Shown: piece after piece, positions 45,573 through 56,110 of the stretch
How positions within the stretch are numbered: the first letter of the stretch is position 1
Layout of the letters: the number at the start of each line of letters is the position of its first letter
Origin: a virus
Lineage: Duplodnaviria; Caudoviricetes
Virus record (IMG/VR): IMGVR_UViG_3300045944_000167
Span: 1 to 56,556 of that record
Direction: 5' to 3' (one strand)
DNA: 56,556 nt
Position numbers and translations under genes: made by a program
Notes under the pieces: model-generated
What the model was told of the DNA's origin: nothing
The model's database searches: none
The model's input: only the letters and a program-made list of their open reading frames with translations

Positions 45573-46306
45573 CAGTGTCCCCGCCCGCGCACGCGCATGC
45601 GCACCTTGATCGCCGGGATGCGATCGACGGCTGTCTGGCCGCTCGGGTTCAGGTTAGCGACCTGCAGGTAGATGTTGAGAACGTCAAGCGCACGGAACCG
45701 CCGCTGCACGCTCTTTGCCGCCTGCTCGAACACCGACATCGAGACCATCTGCGCCTTCGTCTTCGTCGCTCGGGCGTAGCGCACCAGCGTCCGGTTGCGG
45801 GTGCGCCGCTGCAGGCGACTACCGCTCCTGCCGAACCACTGCCAGGCGCGCACGTGCGCCAGAGGCAGCGCCACGTAGAGGTCGAGCGCGTGCGGGTTCG
45901 CCACGCTCTGCACGATCGCCTGCGGGTCGCAGGGCGTGGGCTTCCCGGCCGGCCCGGTGCTGTAGTAGAAGCGGAGCGCCCCGAGCGTCTGCCCGGTCAC
46001 GCGCCGCCCGAACTGCTGGAGCGCGTCGCGCGCGGCGATGATCGCATCGGCCATCGACTTCCTGTCGGCGAACCAGACGGTGATCGCGCGCGTGGCGTTC
46101 TCGATGTCGGTGCTGCGCCGGTTGTCGACCATCATCCCGGTCGGCTTGTTGCCGAGGGAGGCCTGCGCCGCGATGTTCTCGTAGGCGATCGAGCGCAGCA
46201 CGTGCTGGTAGTCGGCCTGGGCGACCTGCAGGATGTCCTTGTAGACCGCGCCGCGCTGGGTCGAGCTAATGACTCCGATCAGGGGCGCTGCGGGGAGTGC
46301 TTGCAC
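45572..46306 (-). CDS. Conserved basic hypothetical protein
   Basis: Homolog of 16270-17001. Confidence 0.7.
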   Translation of the reverse strand: MQALPAAPLIGVISSTQRGAVYKDILQVAQADYQHVLRSIAYENIAAQASLGNKPTGMMVDNRRSTDIENATRAITVWFADRKSMADAIIAARDALQQFGRRVTGQTLGALRFYYSTGPAGKPTPCDPQAIVQSVANPHALDLYVALPLAHVRAWQWFGRSGSRLQRRTRNRTLVRYARATKTKAQMVSMSVFEQAAKSVQRRFRALDVLNIYLQVANLNPSGQTAVDRIPAIKVRMRVRGRGH

Positions 46307-46592
46307 TGGTCGCTTTCCTCTGCTTTTCCTTGTGCTCGTCGAGCATGTGCGCCGCGCGGGCTAGCACCGGCCACAACCATTCGAGTTCTATCCCGTAGTA
46401 GTCGCTCCAATCGCGCGCATCGCGCCACGACGCATGAACGCCGATCTGCTGGACGGCATCGACCGCCGGCAGGAGCCAGAGCGGCACATCGGGGCGCGCT
46501 TCCAGCGCGGGCACGCGCTTCCCCTGCGCCGCCGCCTGCTCGAGCCGTCCGATGTGCGCGCCGTATTGCTCATGCCAGATCAGGATTTTCCC
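46266..46592 (-). CDS. Tail assembly chaperone -1 frameshift extension
   Basis: GGGAAAA at 46592-46586; KILIWHEQYGAH.. Confidence 0.8.
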   Translation of the reverse strand, partial: GKILIWHEQYGAHIGRLEQAAAQGKRVPALEARPDVPLWLLPAVDAVQQIGVHASWRDARDWSDYYGIELEWLWPVLARAAHMLDEHKEKQRKATSASTPRSAPDRSH

Positions 46593-46996
46593 AGGTGTTC
46601 GCCGTCCTCCTGGACGACGGGTCTGAAGCGCGAGGTATCGAGCGCCGCATCGCGCACCGCGTCCCAGATGACCGGGCAGTCGGTCAGGAGCTGGACGCAG
46701 TTCTCGCGCGTGAACGCGAGCGCGTGACCGTCGCCGTTCGTGACGCCTTCCCAGCCGAGGACCACCGCATCGGCGAAGGCCTCGATCTGCGCCTCGTCGA
46801 GGAGCTCCATGCCGCGCACCCCGCCGTTCACCATTTCCTCGCGGCGCGGTGACGCGGCCTGCGAGAGCGCATAGCGATAGGCGACGTTGGCGGACGAGGC
46901 CGAGCGCACGGTGAAGGTCATGTCATCGACGACCACGGGCTTGCCCCGGCGCTCTGCGGCGCGATCGACGCCATACTTGTCGCGCGGGTTGCTCAT
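46580..46996 (-). CDS. Tail assembly chaperone
   Basis: Homolog of 17272-17691. Confidence 0.85.
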   Translation of the reverse strand: MSNPRDKYGVDRAAERRGKPVVVDDMTFTVRSASSANVAYRYALSQAASPRREEMVNGGVRGMELLDEAQIEAFADAVVLGWEGVTNGDGHALAFTRENCVQLLTDCPVIWDAVRDAALDTSRFRPVVQEDGEHLGKS

Positions 46997-47973
46997 GCCG
47001 TGGCGACGGCGGGCTCAGCCGTTGCTGCCGCGACGACGGCGGGTCCGCGCGTGACCTGCACCGTGTAGCCGGCCACGTCGCTGTAGAGCGCCTGAATTTC
47101 CACTGCGGCAGTGACATCGGTGTTCGTGCCGCTCGCTACGACCGGCGCGGCGATCATCTTGCAGCGCGGATACTCGAAGAGATACTCGAGCGCGCCAGCC
47201 GCGTCGTTCAGTTGAACGCTCACCGCGAACTCGGACTGATCGATCAAGGCCTGCACGGGCGTGTCGGTCGCGTAGTAGAGCGTGGCGCTGATCTTTGCGT
47301 CGAGGCGCCCGCGCACCGTTTCCTTCGTGCCCAGGGTGCCGATGCACTGGATCGCGCGGCTCCCGGTGTCGAACGAGAGCTCGACCGCAGAGAAGCATGC
47401 GGTGGCCGCGATGCCGCCGATCGACACCACGACGTCCTGCGGGACCAGCACCGGCTCGACGCCGGGGTCGGGATAGGTCGCGCCCGCGATGATGGCGGTA
47501 TCCAGCGAGAGCGGCCCGCCGATGGTGCCGACCGTGCCGGTGATCGGCTCGCCCGGCGCGATCGAGATCGTCATCGTGGCGAACGTGGTCTTGTCGAAGC
47601 GGTGATAGGACTCCGCGCCCGCGGTCGGAATGTCCGGGAAGAGCTTTTCCAGCAGATACTGGCGCAGCGTCGGGCCGTTCTCCAGGACGTCCGCCGCCCA
47701 GTCCCCGCCGAGCACCGCGCGCAGGTATTCCTCGAATGCGGCGTGATCCGAGATCTCGAGCGAGAGATCGCCGGTCGATTCCCCGCCCGTCAGGATCGAG
47801 TCGCGAATGTTGCCGCTCGCATCGAACTCGTTCGAGGTCGTGACGGTCGGCGCGAAGGCGACGCCCTCGCCCGTCAGGCGCGCGACGGTGAACACGGGCG
47901 TGGCAGGGACAGCAGGGGGCGCGCCGGTCAATTCGACGAAGGCGACGCGCACGAGGTCGGCACTTAGAGGCAT
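46993..47973 (-). CDS. Major tail tube protein
   Basis: Homolog of 17688-18665. Confidence 0.85.
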   Translation of the reverse strand: MPLSADLVRVAFVELTGAPPAVPATPVFTVARLTGEGVAFAPTVTTSNEFDASGNIRDSILTGGESTGDLSLEISDHAAFEEYLRAVLGGDWAADVLENGPTLRQYLLEKLFPDIPTAGAESYHRFDKTTFATMTISIAPGEPITGTVGTIGGPLSLDTAIIAGATYPDPGVEPVLVPQDVVVSIGGIAATACFSAVELSFDTGSRAIQCIGTLGTKETVRGRLDAKISATLYYATDTPVQALIDQSEFAVSVQLNDAAGALEYLFEYPRCKMIAAPVVASGTNTDVTAAVEIQALYSDVAGYTVQVTRGPAVVAAATAEPAVATA

Positions 47974-47982
47974 GACATTCTC

Positions 47983-48396
47983 CTATACGAAATGATCGTG
48001 AGCGAACGCAAAATCGACGGCGCAGATGAGCCATCGTCCATCGGAAAACTCGGAGGGTGCCGGCGGAATCACGCTCTGCACCCGGATCTGTTCCACGGGC
48101 TCGCGCCAGTTGCGGAAGTGCGCCGCGATCTGATCGGCCATCGCGATGATGGCGCTCTCGCCCGCGCCCGTGCGCCCGACCACGTAGGCGCGGAAGGTGC
48201 CGAGCTCGCGCCGGCAGCCTGGCGCGCCGATGGAGATCGGGAGGTCGCTGATGGGGATAAAGTCCGTCGCCGCCCACAGGTCCGGCAGCGTGTTGTTATC
48301 GATGCGAACGCCGAGCGTTTCAAACTGCGGCAGCGCCGGGAACGCGGTAGCGAGCTCGAAGCGGAAAGAGTTTCTGACAACGGCGCTGCTCATCAA
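47983..48396 (-). CDS. Putative tail terminator
   Basis: Homolog of 18675-19085. Confidence 0.65.
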   Translation of the reverse strand: MMSSAVVRNSFRFELATAFPALPQFETLGVRIDNNTLPDLWAATDFIPISDLPISIGAPGCRRELGTFRAYVVGRTGAGESAIIAMADQIAAHFRNWREPVEQIRVQSVIPPAPSEFSDGRWLICAVDFAFAHDHFV

Positions 48397-48749
48397 TTGC
48401 CCCTGATCGTTGCCGTGATGAGCGCGAGGTAATCCTGCGCCGCTACCGGATGTATCTGCTCGATGGAATAGATACGCTTGAAACCGCCGACATCGACCGT
48501 GAGCGTGTCGAACTGCTGCGGCAAGCGGTTGGGCGCGATGAAATCGGCGGGCGATAGCAGCGCGTTTGCAGGCTCGCTGCCCAGGTCCTGCAATAGCGAC
48601 ACTGGCCCGGTTTGCCGGTAGGCCACGGTTCGCACCTGGCGCCCGCTCGGTGCGCCCTGCTCGGTGAAAGTTACGGGCGTGCCGTAGAGCGCCAGCGCCT
48701 CCTGGGCGGTTGCGGTTATCCCTGCGAAATCGACGGCCGGGAGCGCCAT
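48393..48749 (-). CDS. Putative head-closure protein
   Basis: Homolog of 19085-19441. Confidence 0.65.
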   Translation of the reverse strand: MALPAVDFAGITATAQEALALYGTPVTFTEQGAPSGRQVRTVAYRQTGPVSLLQDLGSEPANALLSPADFIAPNRLPQQFDTLTVDVGGFKRIYSIEQIHPVAAQDYLALITATIRGN

Positions 48750-49411
48750 CAGCAGTAGTCCTTCACGCGGTAGGCGTCGATCGTGTAGAGATACGGCGCG
48801 AGGATCGGGGGCACGCTGGAAGTGTCGTAGCTCGACTTCGCGGCCTGCGTCGTGTCGAAGGAGACGGTGAGCGCGCCCGAGCCCAGGCCGAGGGACTTCA
48901 GCGGCGCGCCGGCGCCCGAGCTCGAGGCGCCGCCGCTCGCGTAGGTGACCCCGCCGTAGTCGGCGCAGCACCGGGCAAAGGCGTCGGCCAGGTCGGCCGG
49001 CACCTCGTCCGGGTCGTAGCCGCCCGAATAGGTGACGCGCGCGAAACTCCCCGGATAGCCCCATCCCGCATAGCCGGGATAACGCCCCCACCAGCCGCAC
49101 GCGCCGATGTAGATGAAGCCGTGCGCTGAATCGACCTGCGGCGCGCCCGGCGCGGGCGCCTGGGCGATGCCGTTTATCAGGAGCTCGCTCACCACTTCCA
49201 CCGGATAGCGGAAGAGCGGCAGGCGCTCGACGGCGACGATGCTCTGCTCCTCCACCACGTCCGCGACGTAGGCGAGCCCGCGCTTGCAGTAGTTCTCGAA
49301 CATCGCGGTGACGACCGGCAGCGCCGCGGTCAGCGCGGCGTCGGACGCGGTGTCGGTGAGGCCGAGGATCTCCTTCACCTTGTCCAGAGGCAGCAGGATC
49401 GGCGCGGTCAC
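48749..49411 (-). CDS. Head-tail adaptor
   Basis: Homolog of 19441-20103. Confidence 0.8.
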   Translation of the reverse strand: MTAPILLPLDKVKEILGLTDTASDAALTAALPVVTAMFENYCKRGLAYVADVVEEQSIVAVERLPLFRYPVEVVSELLINGIAQAPAPGAPQVDSAHGFIYIGACGWWGRYPGYAGWGYPGSFARVTYSGGYDPDEVPADLADAFARCCADYGGVTYASGGASSSGAGAPLKSLGLGSGALTVSFDTTQAAKSSYDTSSVPPILAPYLYTIDAYRVKDYC

Positions 49412-50004
49412 GGGAGCACGCTCTTCAGCACCTCGTGGAACGCCGGGCCGAAGTCAGCCTCGAGGTGGTCGGTCGTGCCGTCGCCATTCTGCTGCACCAG
49501 GACGAGCGTGAAGCCCTCGGCCTGCGCGCCGATGATGGTCGAGCCGTCGCGCCCGTTGGTGCCCGGCAGGCCTTGCGAGCCACGCTCGCCGGACTTGCCG
49601 GCAGGACCGCGCCCGGCGAGCAGCACCGGGACGCCATGCACCATGCAGAACGTCCCGTAGTTGTCCATGAAGAGATCGCCGTCGGCGTAGACGGCGTCCT
49701 TCTCAAACGTGCCGCGATGGCGAAATCCGCCCGAGCCCACCCGCGCCCAGTGCTCGGGCTCGTCGGTCGGGCTCGCGGTGTCCTGGAGCGCGACGAAGTG
49801 CTGCCCGAGGTTGGCGAGGACGACAGTTCCCTTCCGGTAGACGGCGCCCTTCGCCCACTGCGGGGCGTCGATGCCCGCGCCGGGCGGACCGGACAGGAGC
49901 TGGAGCTCGGCGACGCGCTTCTCGAGCTCGGCGACGCGCTTCTCCGTCGCAATCTGGTCGTCCAGCAGCGGCTCGAGCGCCGCCGCGATCGCTTTCTCGA
50001 TCAT
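49408..50004 (-). CDS. Collagen-like repeat protein
   Basis: GPAGKSGERGSQGLPGTNGRDG. Confidence 0.7.
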   Translation of the reverse strand: MIEKAIAAALEPLLDDQIATEKRVAELEKRVAELQLLSGPPGAGIDAPQWAKGAVYRKGTVVLANLGQHFVALQDTASPTDEPEHWARVGSGGFRHRGTFEKDAVYADGDLFMDNYGTFCMVHGVPVLLAGRGPAGKSGERGSQGLPGTNGRDGSTIIGAQAEGFTLVLVQQNGDGTTDHLEADFGPAFHEVLKSVLP

Positions 50005-51404
50005 GCCGCCTTCCTCTTGCTGTAGCGCATATCGACCACAAGCGCCTTCGCGATCAGCGGGTCGGCCCGCTTTTCCTCTTCGTCGTCCTGGTCTGGCTCT
50101 TCTTCATCCTCGTCATCGGGCGCAGGCGGCGTCTCGGCGGCGGGCCGGTTCTTCGAGGCGATCTCGGCCGCGTGCAGCTCGGCCAGCATGTCGATGGAGA
50201 CCATCTGCTGCTGCAGGAAAAGCGTATTGCCGCCGGCCACAGGCGGCAGCCCTTCGCCGTCGCGTGCTTCGTTCGGCGACATCACGCCCCCCTGTATCGC
50301 CTTGGTGATCGCGTCGATGCGCGACTTGTAGTCCATGCGCAGGAGCGCGCGCTCGTCGAACTCGACATACTCGTTGGCGGGCAGATTGAACGCGGCATCG
50401 AAGCTGCGCTCGAGGTTCTCCAGCAGCGAGCCCAGGCCGTGCGCGAGCCAGAAGTTCGTCATTGCCTCGACGTTGTTCAACGTCGCCTTCGAGAGGTCGC
50501 CCACCATCGGCAGCGGCACCCCGAAGCAGCGCGCAACATCCTCGATCGACATGCGCTGCGCCTCGATCAGTTGGGCGTCCTGCGAGCTGATCGCCATCTG
50601 CGAGAACGTGAGCCCGCGCCCGAGCACCGGGATCTTCCCCGCGTTCGGCCCCTGTGACTGCTCGTCGAAGGCCTCGCGCAGCATCTTCATCTGGTCCTTG
50701 GTGAGCGGCTCGGGGCTCGAGAGCACGCCGCTCGGCCGGTTCATGTTCGCGAAGAACGCCGCCTGGTTGCCTGCCAGCGCGACATTCACCCCGAGCGCGA
50801 GCGCGGCGGCGGTCAACGGGGATTCCCCGATCAGCGGATGGCGCGGCGTGTGCTGGCGCAGGTGCAGGATGTCGCGCGCGGGCGCCATCGCATCGATTTC
50901 CGCCGGCAGCATCGGGTTCGTGCCGATCGAGTAGTAGAGATCGCCGGTCAGCGGCTCGATATACGGCGAGCAGGCGCGCCGCGGCATCAAGTGCATGGCG
51001 TTGACAGCGTAGCGATCGTCGCGCAGGAGCAGCACGAAGGCCTCGCCCTCGAAGAGCATCGTCGCCACGCAGTCGAGGATGAACTGCGGCCAGGTCTGGT
51101 AGGCGTTGGGCTTCCGCAGCACGCGCGAGGCCGGCGAGGTCGTCGAGGTCTGGTGCTTGCCGGAATCGAGAACGACCTTGTGCGCCGCCGGGCAGGTGGC
51201 GACCGCTTTCGCCGTCGCCATCACGCAGGCGTAGGCGATCGGCACGCTCTGCGCGCTGCGCTGATCGAGCGTGAGGCCCGCCTGGTAGCCGTCGCCGAAG
51301 GGGATCGGGAACGCATTGCCCCAGTGCGAATAGCCGACGGCCGGGCCGCGGTAGCTGCCCTCGGGACCGCTCCACCACGCTTTGAGGCGCTCAACCAATC
51401 CCAT
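50001..51404 (-). CDS. Portal protein (HK97 family)
   Basis: Homolog of 20744-22147. Confidence 0.95.
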   Translation of the reverse strand: MGLVERLKAWWSGPEGSYRGPAVGYSHWGNAFPIPFGDGYQAGLTLDQRSAQSVPIAYACVMATAKAVATCPAAHKVVLDSGKHQTSTTSPASRVLRKPNAYQTWPQFILDCVATMLFEGEAFVLLLRDDRYAVNAMHLMPRRACSPYIEPLTGDLYYSIGTNPMLPAEIDAMAPARDILHLRQHTPRHPLIGESPLTAAALALGVNVALAGNQAAFFANMNRPSGVLSSPEPLTKDQMKMLREAFDEQSQGPNAGKIPVLGRGLTFSQMAISSQDAQLIEAQRMSIEDVARCFGVPLPMVGDLSKATLNNVEAMTNFWLAHGLGSLLENLERSFDAAFNLPANEYVEFDERALLRMDYKSRIDAITKAIQGGVMSPNEARDGEGLPPVAGGNTLFLQQQMVSIDMLAELHAAEIASKNRPAAETPPAPDDEDEEEPDQDDEEEKRADPLIAKALVVDMRYSKRKAA

Positions 51405-51634
51405 TAGCGTCTGCGCCTGGGCGTCATCGCCTTGTCGTTGTAGTCCTGCTCAGGTTTGGGCCGCGGGGGCGGGGCGTCCTCGATGGGCTTGAACAGGTTT
51501 GCGCCGATTCGCGGGTCCTGCACGCGTCCGTCGCTGATGAGCTGCGCTGCCAGTTCCTCGTCGCACTCGACGTAGCCCGTCGCGTTGTTCAATTCTGGAA
51601 TTCGCCGAAACGCCCATACGCAAGTCATTGCCAT
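51404..51634 (-). CDS. Small hypothetical protein upstream of portal
   Basis: MAMTCVWAF; homolog of 22144-22356. Confidence 0.7.
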   Translation of the reverse strand: MAMTCVWAFRRIPELNNATGYVECDEELAAQLISDGRVQDPRIGANLFKPIEDAPPPRPKPEQDYNDKAMTPRRRR

Positions 51635-51645
51635 GCGGCCCTCCG

Positions 51646-51837
51646 TCAGTAGCGCGGCCACTTGGGCAGCGGCAGCGCGCCGAATATCGCGCCGAGCAGC
51701 AGCAGGATGAAGATCAGGATCAGGATGACCATGACGACGTTCTTGAAGGGGGGCTGCAGCGGCAGCAATCCAATCGCGTAATAGATCATTCCGAACACGA
51801 GACAGAGAACGAGCAGATAGACCAGGAACTCGATCAT
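51646..51837 (-). CDS. 63-aa two-TM membrane protein
   Basis: One substitution vs 22367-22558. Confidence 0.8.
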   Translation of the reverse strand: MIEFLVYLLVLCLVFGMIYYAIGLLPLQPPFKNVVMVILILIFILLLLGAIFGALPLPKWPRY

Positions 51838-51851
51838 TGCGTCGCTCCTTC

Positions 51852-51891
51852 AAAAAGACGCGGGCGCGCAACCTGCAAGCGCGTCCGCGTC
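51852..51891 (-). terminator. Rho-independent terminator
   Basis: GC stem plus T5 as at 22573-22612. Confidence 0.7.
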
Positions 51892-51900
51892 CGGGGGAAC

Positions 51901-52338
51901 CTACTTCGGCCCTGCTCCGCTCTCACGCGTGTAGCCCCACACCCACCCGTTCAATTGCGGCACGTAGAACCAGCCGAACACGAATCCCGGAGGCGCCGGC
52001 GGCTCGCAAGGATCGCCCGGATCGACTTTCTTCGGCCCCGCGCCGGAGCCGGCCTGATACCCATACATCCAGCGCGCCGCGGTCGGCTGGTAGAACGCAA
52101 CGAGTTTCGCCTCCGGCGGTGACGGCGGCGCGTCGATCGGCGGTATCACTATCGGCGGGGTCATAATCGGGGAGTCCGGCCCCCAGATGCCGCCGGGAGG
52201 GGTTCCGCCTGGGGCGATTGGATGGCCCATGATCGGGCTGTCCGGCCCCCACGTTCCCGGCGGCGCTTCCACCGCGGTCGCTTTCACGATGCCGGGCTGG
52301 CCCGTCGGTTCGAGCTTCAGATAAAACGTCTGCGGCAT
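51901..52338 (-). CDS. Proline-rich repeat protein (145 aa)
   Basis: WGPDSPIM twice; GY....GAGPK twice. Confidence 0.75.
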   Translation of the reverse strand: MPQTFYLKLEPTGQPGIVKATAVEAPPGTWGPDSPIMGHPIAPGGTPPGGIWGPDSPIMTPPIVIPPIDAPPSPPEAKLVAFYQPTAARWMYGYQAGSGAGPKKVDPGDPCEPPAPPGFVFGWFYVPQLNGWVWGYTRESGAGPK

Positions 52339-52358
52339 GTCACTAACCTCCTTGTCAG

Positions 52359-52514
52359 TTAAGAGGACTCGGGTTTGTGCGGCTTGCACGTGCGGATCTC
52401 GACCGCCCCGAAATCGATTACGGTTTCCACTTCACACGGCGACTCGATGCGCACGCTGATGCACGCGCTCACCGCGCCGAAAGCGAGCGCGGCGAGCACG
52501 AGTCTTGCTACCAC
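52359..52514 (-). CDS. 51-aa putative lipoprotein
   Basis: Homolog of 23066-23221. Confidence 0.55.
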   Translation of the reverse strand: MVARLVLAALAFGAVSACISVRIESPCEVETVIDFGAVEIRTCKPHKPESS

Positions 52515-54418
52515 GCAACAGCGGTGAGTTCCTGAACCGGGCCGGGGTTTCGCATCTTTGCCCAGTCGGCGTCCATCAGCATCCGCAGCGCCCAGGAGTT
52601 CGTCTGGTAGAGCGAACGCACGGGTGCGGCGACGACGTTCGGCGTGCCCGCCGAGGCGATCGGCAGCGGCGTCGTGTCCTCTTCGTGCAGCGTCGCGACG
52701 TTGCTCGGCAGGAACGCCGGGTTGCCGATCGCGAAGCTGAACTGCGAGAAGTCCACGAGGAGCACGATGTCCGCCGGCATCGCGAGCGAGGTGACGACAC
52801 CGTAGCCGCCGAGATTGTTATTCGCGGTCTCGGGGAATTGTTTCGTCCCGACGGCGTTCGTCAGCCACGACACGGCGAGGAAGTTCTTCGGATGCATCAG
52901 CCATTTCGTGTTCGTCCCGCCCATGTTCGCGGTCGTCATCGCGGTCAGCATCACCTTGAGATCGTTGGTGATCGCCGCCGCGGTCGCGCCCGTCGAGGCG
53001 CGCGTGTCGCCCGCCGCGAGGGAGTTCCGAATCCCGGCCGGCTGCGTCGCCGAGCCCGCGCCGGTGCCGATGAAGATCGCATCGAGTGCCGTGGCGGTGT
53101 CATCGATGATCGCCCTCTGGAAATACGCGGCGAGATCGATCGTCGAGCGCCGCAGCATCTCCTCGGTCGCGGTCAGGATGACGCCCAGGTTCTTCGGCGT
53201 GAGCGAGCCGCTCGTGAAGTGCAGCCCGCCGACCCGGATCGGCGCCCCTTCTGCGCGGAACGCGCCCGCTGCGTCCGTGGCCGTGCCGCTGCGGATCGGG
53301 TAGGTGATCGAGGTATAGCCCTCGAAGCTGTGCTGCTGCCCGAAGGGCACGCACTTGGGCAGGATCGCCTCGGCGCGCAGCATGTCCATCAATTGCCCGT
53401 AGCCGATGCGCGTCAGCTCCTGGGCGTAGCCAGGGACGGTCGTCATCGCCGGGTTCTGCGCGGCCTTGACGATCGTCTCGATCGCGGCCGAGCCGGGGAA
53501 GCGGATCGCTACCACGTCATCGATCTTCATCGACTTGCACGCCGCCTCGTAGGTGACGAGCGCGAGCTTCCCGAGCAGGTGTTCGGTGTCCTTCACGGAG
53601 TCGCGCCGGATGACCTGCGCGCTCTTCGTCGCGAGAGCTCCCGCAGCAAGTCTCGACTCACTGCTTTTCAAGGTAGCGAGCTTGCCGTCGATTGCGTGGA
53701 GCTCGGCATCGAGCTCGTCGACTAACGCCTTCTGGGTGATGAATTCATCGCTGGTCGGTGATTCGATTTCGCCCAGCTTCGAGGTCTGCTCGGCGAGCCT
53801 GTCGCGCGCGGCGACCTGTGCGCTTTGCGTCTCGACTACGAGCTCGGAAATGGTCTTGCCCATGCTGTGACTCCTGGAGGGACTGCGAGCGGCACTTGCC
53901 GCGACTAACTGCAGAGCCGGGCCGCCGCGCGCGGGCACTTGCCCAGCGGGGTCCGACAGGGTGATTCCGAATGACTTGGCGATCTGGATCGCGAGCGGAT
54001 GCGCGGGCGTGTTGACGAGCGAGACTTCCATCAGGTCGAGCTCGTGAAAGTGCAGCCCACCCTTGTCGTTGGGCTTGCCCATGCCGCGGAAGCCGATCGA
54101 CGCGCACAAGGGCACGCCATCATCGAGCAGCGTCTTTGCCATGCGCGCGAGCGGCGTCGTGGCGAGAGTAAGGTCGCCGATCAGCTTGCCCGCTACGATC
54201 TTCAGGTTTTCCCAGTAGCCGATGGCGTCGCGGTGCTGCCAGAGCGCAATCAGGCGCCTGCCGACGTGCGGGCGATACGCCGCAGGGTCGATGGTGTCCT
54301 TCTCCCGGTCGGGCGAGGACGCGGAGAGGACGAACCGCGCGTCGCTATCGCGCGCGGCGGCTTTCTCGATTACAAGCGGGAGCTCTCGACGATCAGGTTG
54401 AGCGCCATCCAGGGGCAT
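52508..54418 (-). CDS. Fused prohead protease-major capsid protein
   Basis: LWQH..IG, SIGF, EVSLV; internal RBS+ATG at 53863. Confidence 0.92.
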   Translation of the reverse strand: MPLDGAQPDRRELPLVIEKAAARDSDARFVLSASSPDREKDTIDPAAYRPHVGRRLIALWQHRDAIGYWENLKIVAGKLIGDLTLATTPLARMAKTLLDDGVPLCASIGFRGMGKPNDKGGLHFHELDLMEVSLVNTPAHPLAIQIAKSFGITLSDPAGQVPARGGPALQLVAASAARSPSRSHSMGKTISELVVETQSAQVAARDRLAEQTSKLGEIESPTSDEFITQKALVDELDAELHAIDGKLATLKSSESRLAAGALATKSAQVIRRDSVKDTEHLLGKLALVTYEAACKSMKIDDVVAIRFPGSAAIETIVKAAQNPAMTTVPGYAQELTRIGYGQLMDMLRAEAILPKCVPFGQQHSFEGYTSITYPIRSGTATDAAGAFRAEGAPIRVGGLHFTSGSLTPKNLGVILTATEEMLRRSTIDLAAYFQRAIIDDTATALDAIFIGTGAGSATQPAGIRNSLAAGDTRASTGATAAAITNDLKVMLTAMTTANMGGTNTKWLMHPKNFLAVSWLTNAVGTKQFPETANNNLGGYGVVTSLAMPADIVLLVDFSQFSFAIGNPAFLPSNVATLHEEDTTPLPIASAGTPNVVAAPVRSLYQTNSWALRMLMDADWAKMRNPGPVQELTAVAW

Positions 54419-54601
54419 GCCGGACCTCGCACCAGAGGGCCGGAATTACCGCTTGGGAGCGGACCGTCGCCGAGTTTCAGGGGAAAGGGGGGCAACCGCT
54501 TTTCGCGTTCGTCTTTCGAGGGACGGCGGCGGCTGTCCATGAAAGGAAATTCTACAAGGAAAATCAGCATTACATCAGCATTATTGCTAACCGACTGAGA
54601 A

Positions 54602-56110
54602 TCATGCGATAAACGCCGCAACGTCGAACGCGGGCGCGCTCACCATGAAAACGCCCGCCGCCATGACCGCGGCGACCAGCGGGTCGATCCTCTGCGTCGA
54701 TTGCGCCTTGTCGAGCTTGCGGTTGCCGGCCGGGTCCTGCACCACGACCGCATTAGCGGCGCCCATGTTGAGGAGCGGATGTGCGCCGTGGCGCAGGCGC
54801 TCCTGCAGGAGCAGCGTCTCGAAGAATTCGAGGCGCGGGCTCATCGACTGCATCCCCTGGCCGACTTCGCTCCAGGCGTTCACGACGAAGTTATTCCGGT
54901 CGGCGGCGCTCCGCGCCTCGTTGATGCGCCAGCGGTCGTAGGCGCAGACATCGATGCGGATCTCGAGATCGTCAAGGCGCATGCGCAGGAACTGGAAGAG
55001 CCAGTCGTAGTCGAGCGTGGCGCCCGGCACGGCGATCAACTGCCCGCTCTGCACCCAGGCGCTGTAGGGCGCGCGGTCCCGGAGCTCGCGCTCGCGCAGC
55101 GATCGCTCGGGCGTGAACACGAACGGCCACAGGTGCACCGTGCCCCCATCGTCCTGCGCCGCCAGCACGCAGGCGGTCAGGTCGTGCTTCTGCGAGAGGT
55201 CGAGCCCGGCGCCTACGGTGCGCCCGTCGCGGAAGATCGCCGGGTCGGGCGTCGCGTTGCACGCCTTCCAGATCGCCGGGGCGAGCCAGAGGTGCTCGAG
55301 CGCGATGCGCTGGTTGAGGACGTGGTTGCGATACGCCGCTTCCGCGCCCGGCAGGCGCTTGGCCTCGGCCGCCTGGCGCAGCATCTCGCCCTGGTTCATG
55401 AACTCTCCGAAATGCGGATTGGCGGCCTTGATCGCCTTCACCCCGAAGGGGTCCGCATCGACCGGCGCCGTGTATAGCTCGATCTTGCGCTCCCGCTCCT
55501 CCCCGCGCAGTGCGTCGTCGATCAGCACTGACAAGAGATCGGCATCCCCCGGCGCCTGGGTGCTGATGATGATCGACAGCGGCTCAGGCTGCTTCGCCTG
55601 CGCCGTCTCGAGCGCCTCGTAGAGCTCGGAGCGAGGTCCGCGCACTCGCCCGAGCTCGTCGTGGACCACGAAGGCTGGCGATAACCCGTGCGCCGTCGAG
55701 GCGTCCGCCGACAGCGCCCGGTAGAGCGTCCCGAGTTCGGGACAGGCGAGCTGCTTGGCCGTGTCGCGGATCACGACGCTCCCGTCCAGGTCCGGCGAGA
55801 GCCGCACGCACTTTGCCGCGTAGCCGAACAGGATCGCCGCCTGGTCGCGCGACTGCGCCGCGGAGAAGAGCTGGCTGTTCCGGCGCGCTTCGTGGCCACA
55901 CAGGTGCAGGAGCAGCAGGAACGCCGCAAATGCCGTCTTCGCGTTGCCGCGTCCCATCGACAGAATGAAGGTCCGCGTCGGCGTGTCATAGATGCGCCGC
56001 AGCCACCGCCTCTGGTGCGCCGTCAGTCTGACCGGCTGCCCGACGAGCCGACCCTCCGGTATCCGACAGTAAGTCTCGATCCACCGGGCGTTGCGCTGTC
56101 CGCGCGTCAT
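54602..56110 (-). CDS. terL: Terminase large subunit
   Basis: GRGNAKT Walker A variant, VVHDE, nuclease domain as in other unit. Confidence 0.95.
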   Translation of the reverse strand: MTRGQRNARWIETYCRIPEGRLVGQPVRLTAHQRRWLRRIYDTPTRTFILSMGRGNAKTAFAAFLLLLHLCGHEARRNSQLFSAAQSRDQAAILFGYAAKCVRLSPDLDGSVVIRDTAKQLACPELGTLYRALSADASTAHGLSPAFVVHDELGRVRGPRSELYEALETAQAKQPEPLSIIISTQAPGDADLLSVLIDDALRGEERERKIELYTAPVDADPFGVKAIKAANPHFGEFMNQGEMLRQAAEAKRLPGAEAAYRNHVLNQRIALEHLWLAPAIWKACNATPDPAIFRDGRTVGAGLDLSQKHDLTACVLAAQDDGGTVHLWPFVFTPERSLRERELRDRAPYSAWVQSGQLIAVPGATLDYDWLFQFLRMRLDDLEIRIDVCAYDRWRINEARSAADRNNFVVNAWSEVGQGMQSMSPRLEFFETLLLQERLRHGAHPLLNMGAANAVVVQDPAGNRKLDKAQSTQRIDPLVAAVMAAGVFMVSAPAFDVAAFIA